This document shows, piece after piece, positions 59,013-64,000 of a stretch of 64,000 bases of DNA. The position numbers and the translations under genes are program-made. This stretch comes from Paraspadella gotoi (taxonomy: Eukaryota > Animalia > Chaetognatha): contig CM119265.1 in assembly GCA_051294375.1 (NCBI GenBank), positions 18,772,631 through 18,836,630 on the forward strand. The letters run 5' to 3'. The first letter of the stretch is position 1. Each line of letters starts with the position of its first letter. The notes under the pieces are model-generated. The model was given only the letters and a program-made list of their open reading frames with translations, was not told the DNA's origin and made no database searches.

Positions 59013-60168
59013 GATGGCGGACGTGTCTCCGACTCTGGAAAAGGCTTTCGGCGATGAAGAGGAATTGGAAGGGGGATTTGGAGCAGCAGAAATTGTTGGG
59101 CTTTGGGTCACTTGAGCAGCAAAGAAAATAACAAAGACTAAAAAACAAAACAAAACAAAACAAAAAGTGAAGTGGAAAACGGTCGAGCTTGGTCTTGCTC
59201 CCGTTGGGTAAATCGCAGGGCTGGGGGGGGGAAATTAACCCACTGAAAATAAAATGGTTTATTGAAATTCATAAAAATAAGAAATAGATCACGATTTAAA
59301 TCTGTTACTTGATTTTTTTTATTTTTAAAGTAACAGAAATAGAAATAGAACTGATATCGCCATCTTGTACTGCATATTTTTCGCCTACTCCCAAAACATT
59401 TTGAAAAATCAAATTGGTGAAAAGCCAACTATTTAATTCCGACAGCAGGAAAATCAGAATTTTGTCGCGCTCGGACACGAAACTCCTTGTTTTTCCTAAT
59501 CACCTTTCCGATCAAAACTCTTAAAAGTCTCAAACTGACAAAAGTGATTTTTTTCAATCTGTGTTTAGTTAATTATGCAGACGACGACATTTTTTTGCAT
59601 TTCAGTAGTTTTGTAGTATACCATTCAATTGTAGTGAAAAAAAGTAAATGTTGTGACATTACTTATTAAACGTCAATCAATCCTGTTAACTTAGTTGCCG
59701 TTTTGATTAAGAAGCATAGAAATACTCCAGAAATAGTGTGGACTGAGAATTCACATCTCAACATGAAAAGGTCATAATCCTCGGTCATCTGTTTTCCTCC
59801 ACTACAAATTGAAAAATCGCCAACAGACGACGGCGGTAATTTTGCTTAAGGCTAAAATTTAAAAGGTAAAGAATGTTTAATACGCAAATGTTTTTTACAC
59901 ATTATACACATTTTAAAAATGTCAAGAACAGAAGTGAAAGTTTAAAATATTTTTTTGAGCTTTTATCTATTTATAAATTTTTAGTGTCTTTTGTCTTTTG
60001 TAATTCGCCCCGTTCCCTGCCGCTATCCAAACGAGCTGAGAACCGCCAACTGCAGCATTCAGAATCTCCGCTATTTAAGCGCTGAGTTACCCGAGTTGGT
60101 CGCAGAAACAATTTTTCGCGAATCTCTCTTCTTTCTGATTTGCAGGACCTAAAGAAAAATCAATCAAG

Positions 60169-60847
60169 ATGAAGGCCATCTTCGCCGGCATCGTCGCCAT
60201 GCTTGTCGTCGCTTCCGTACACGCCTTGGGTCAGTAAACAAATTCTTTATTAAGGTCTATTGATATTTTCTTTTTCTCTTATCATTAAAAAGTTTTGAGT
60301 CACAGGCGGAAGGCGCGACATTGATGTTGAGAGACCAGAAGTTCAGAAGGCTGCTTTGGCCGCCGCCAGGGACTTAACGATGATGATGAACAACCCTCAT
60401 CACCAGCTGTTGCAAAAGGTTCACAAGGCTCAAATGCAGGTCTGTTTTTTTTCCAATTCTCTTATGAAATTATATCACATGATTAGTCCGACAAACTGAG
60501 AAAGCATACTTTTCATTCCACACAACTCCAAAAAGGTTATTAAATTATTGAGATTTGATTCTGGCCAAAGCCCGAGTCGCGAGTTCTTCCATTCCTTTCT
60601 ATTCTATTTCTATTTCTCTTCCCTCCGTCTCCACTCGCTCCAGGTCGTTGCGGGCATCATGTATCACCTTCAGGTCGAGATCCGCGAGTCAGGCTGCGAC
60701 AAAAAAGCCCCACTTGCCTCCTGCGATGCTGCACCAACAAACATGTACCAAGTCTGCTCGGTTAAAGTTCTTTCGCAGGCCTGGCGCCATGTTCTGAAGG
60801 TCGTTGGTGGCTGGGCGACGACCAGGTGCCATCCCGTCTACCACTAA
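60169..60847 (+). CDS. Secreted type-2 cystatin, copy 1 (exons 60169-60229, 60306-60439, 60644-60847)
   Basis: Signal peptide MKAIFAGIVAMLVVASVHA, N-terminal LGG, Q|VVAG loop, four Cys, and AW in place of PW. Confidence 0.9.
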
Positions 60848-62547
60848 AGGGCGTCATCGAGCAACGATTGAGGGACTTGTCCGCAATAAGAAGATGGTCT
60901 TTAATTGTTATTTGAAGTCATTAAAATTTAAAAAATATATCTTGTTACTTTGTTGTCAGTATTTTTTTTTCTTGATAATAGAAGGTCAAATGTAAAATTT
61001 TGTTGCTTATTGGTTTAATAATGTATCGTCAGTTAGAACATAGTTCTTCAAATAGGGCGAAACTAATTAAATTATTAGGTTTCTGGAACCATAAAAATCT
61101 GAAAGCACACTGTCTGAGGCAGGAATTGACAATTTTTTCAGAAGCTAAATTTATATTGTTATAAGTCTTTAAAGTAATTAGGTTATTTTTTTATAAAATG
61201 TAAAAAGATTTCTAACAATTTACTGCAATAGAAAACTGAATTTCTATGTGTTTAAGTCTGACATTATCAAACAAGAACGGTAATTCCAATGTGTTGCGCC
61301 GCACGTGTGTTTCTTGTAACATGACCGTGACCGACCGAAAAGTGACTTATAAATTTGCTCCGCGAGTACTCGCGGCGTAACTAAAAAGAGAGTATCATTA
61401 ATGAGAATAGTATGGCAGCTGGGTGACATGTGCGATGCCCGGGATGTGAGGCATTTCACGACAGCTGGCGCTCGGGGCTTTGCACATGCAGCGACCAAGC
61501 CAATGGGACGAGCTGAGTTTCACCAAGCTATACCGGAGGCGAATTGAGGATTCGGCACAATAGCATAATTTTTTTTCAAACAGTATTGAAATAATAAATA
61601 TGACTGCAATTAGTGTTTCAAACGAACGTCTTCTATAAATGGTGTTGTACTAATTAAACCAGATATAAATTTGTTTAAACATAATTTCTTCTCTACATTA
61701 ATTTTATTAGAAGAGATTTAATGAAACTAACTAAATTATTCCCAAAAATAAATATATAATGCATAATCTATATTCTACTTGATTTTTAATGGATTAGTTT
61801 TATTCAGTGGAAAAATGGCCATTTTTTAGAATAAATTTTTTTTTAAGGAAACCAATTTTTTTTTGTTTATTAGAATAATAATTATTCTAATTATTATAAT
61901 TGGAAATAAGGGGAATTTAGGAAATACAATTTCTATGATCAAATCCTGAAAAATATTTTTTCAATAAGTGTAAAAGATCAATAAGGCAGACAATGACATT
62001 TTTTTTCACTAGTTTTGTATTATACTTTTTAATGATAGAGAAAAAACACAACATCATAGGTCACCAATCCTAGTTGTTCTTTAGATTTAGAAGCAGAATG
62101 CTCGACAAATACTGGACAATTTAACATCCAAACAAAAAAAGTTCAAACTCTAAATCCTGCGTATTTTTTCCTCCACTCAAAATCTGAAAACGCCCTCTGG
62201 CAATGGCGGTAATTTCATGCAGAGATAAAAGTTAAAAGGTGAAAAAGTATAAAATAAAAATTAATATAGGAAAACTTAATAAGTAAAGGAAAATTAATTT
62301 TTTTATTCAACTTTCATATACTCATAAATATTTTGTTTCTTAAATTTTAGATTGTATCCTCGTTTCTTTCCTCTGTTTTCTGTGGTCCGTCTTTCCCTGT
62401 CGCTATCCTTACGATCTTTCTATTCTGAGAACCGCCACCTGCTTCAAATGGAATCCTCGCGGACTCTCTTCGATTTCGTTGCAAAATCCTTTCGCTCGAA
62501 TCTTCCTTTTTTTCTCATTCCCAGGAACTCACGGTAAACCAGTCAAG

Positions 62548-63649
62548 ATGAAGGTCATCTTCGCCGGCATCGTCGCCATGCTCGTCGTCGCTTCCGTCCA
62601 TGCCTCGGGTTGGTAATGTACAACGTATTTTGTACAAAGTATCTTTTTAAGAGGGTCCAACAAAAGCTCATATATTATATTTATAAGTTTATATACATGG
62701 TGACAATTTTACAAGCGCCGGTAGAAATACGCTGTCATTTGCAAACCAGTGGTTATTTCATTGATTTTAAAAATTAGTTGAGTAGAACATATTAAAGTCA
62801 TTTGTGTGTTCAAATTTTATATTGATCAGTTAAGATATGCCTTGGCAATGAGTGGAGAAAGTTGGCTTGTAAAATCGGGTTTTATTTTCCAACTCACTGT
62901 TTTTAAAATCAATTTTTTTTTCTTAGAAGCCAACTTTCTCCACTCATTGCCAAGGCATATCTTAACTGATCAATATAAAATTTGAACACATAAATGACTT
63001 TAATATGTTCTACTCAACTAATTTTTAAAATCAATGAAATAACCACTGGTTTGCAAATGACAGCGTATTTCTACCGGCGCTTGTAAAATTGTCACCATGT
63101 ACGTATATTTGACAGTATTTCGTTAAGGAATGAGACAAAATATTATTGTACTATTTATATTTTGTTCGACCACCTCCACTAGTATTTGAAAATATTTCAT
63201 TGCCACTGCCAGGAGGAAAATTCGACGTCGACGTTAACGAACCGGAAGTTAGAGATGCCGCCCAAGCCGCGGCCAGGGATTTGACGAGGATGATGAACAA
63301 CCCTCATCACCAGCTGTTGGAGAAGGTTCACGAGGCTAAAGCTCAGGTCTGTTTCAAATTAGGATTAAAAAAAAAATTAAATAAATAGGCGCTGAAGTTG
63401 ATCAATGTTCAATTTGTTTCCTTCCGCTTCCTTCTCTGTCCTCAGATCGTCTCGGGAATTCTCTATTATCTCAAACTCGAGATCCGCGAATCCGGATGCG
63501 ACAAGAAGGCGCCCCTCGCCGCCTGCGACGCCCCGCCCAAGGACTTTTATCAAATCTGCACGCTGAAGGTTCTCTCGCAGCCTTGGCTCAAGGTTCTCGA
63601 GGTCATTGGCGGCTGGGAGTCCACCAGATGCTACCCCGTCTACCACTAG
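62548..63649 (+). CDS. Secreted type-2 cystatin, copy 2 (exons 62548-62608, 63213-63346, 63446-63649)
   Basis: Signal peptide, SGG, Q|IVSG loop, four Cys and QPW; same intron positions as copy 1. Confidence 0.9.
62696..63099. mobile_element. TA-flanked foldback MITE, short derivative of the 8828-9784 element, in intron 1 of cystatin copy 2
   Basis: TA|CATGGTGACAATTTTACAAGCGCCGG...CCGGCGCTTGTAAAATTGTCACCATG|TA; about 170-bp near-perfect arms. Confidence 0.92.
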
Positions 63650-64000
63650 AGGGCGTCGCCTTTTTGTAGAGCATCGATCGAGACTCTCGTCCGCAAGAGG
63701 AAGAAGGTCGTCGATGGTCGTTTGAAGTAATTAAAAGTTGTTTGTTACTTCGTTTGCCAGTTTTGTCTCGGAATATATTAGGTTAAATTTAATTTCTTGT
63801 GGCTTAATTAGTTAAATTAATCGACATCATTCCAAAATTCATTCTCGACAGGGAGAAGGAAGCCAATGCCTACGGCCTTCAACGTAATCGAAAAAGCGAA
63901 GCATTTCAAACAGAAGTTAAAAATTTAGTGTCAGAATAAAAGGAAAAAAATAGAAAAAAGTTCTGAAAAAAAAAAGACATTTTGATTTGACATTCGATGT

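Overview
Intron-rich animal genomic DNA: AT-rich introns, GC3-rich exons, many (AG)n/(CT)n microsatellites, five N gaps and scattered indel errors typical of a draft assembly. From left to right it holds (1) the first two coding exons of a neurocalcin/hippocalcin-like neuronal calcium sensor on the minus strand; (2) a ~10.5 kb inverted duplication centred on an N gap, probably an assembly artefact; (3) a ~35 kb multi-exon axonemal inner-arm dynein heavy chain gene, DNAH3-like; (4) a small Lys/Arg/Ser/Cys-rich protamine-like gene with nine 9-aa repeats directly downstream of the dynein; and (5) two tandem secreted type-2 cystatins. Nested antisense in the dynein introns are a complete 7-exon TEPP/SPMIP8-like gene, one tRNA-Gly(GCC) and about 10 tRNA-Lys(CTT) copies or relics. 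The dynein and the TEPP-like gene each have an RFX X-box upstream. TA-flanked and TTAA-flanked foldback MITEs and other dispersed repeats are also present. The most interesting pattern is a candidate sperm/flagellum module: dynein, nested microtubule inner protein, protamine-like protein, and local tRNAs matching that protein's AAG and GGC codons. All homology calls come from my recall of family sequences, not from database searches.
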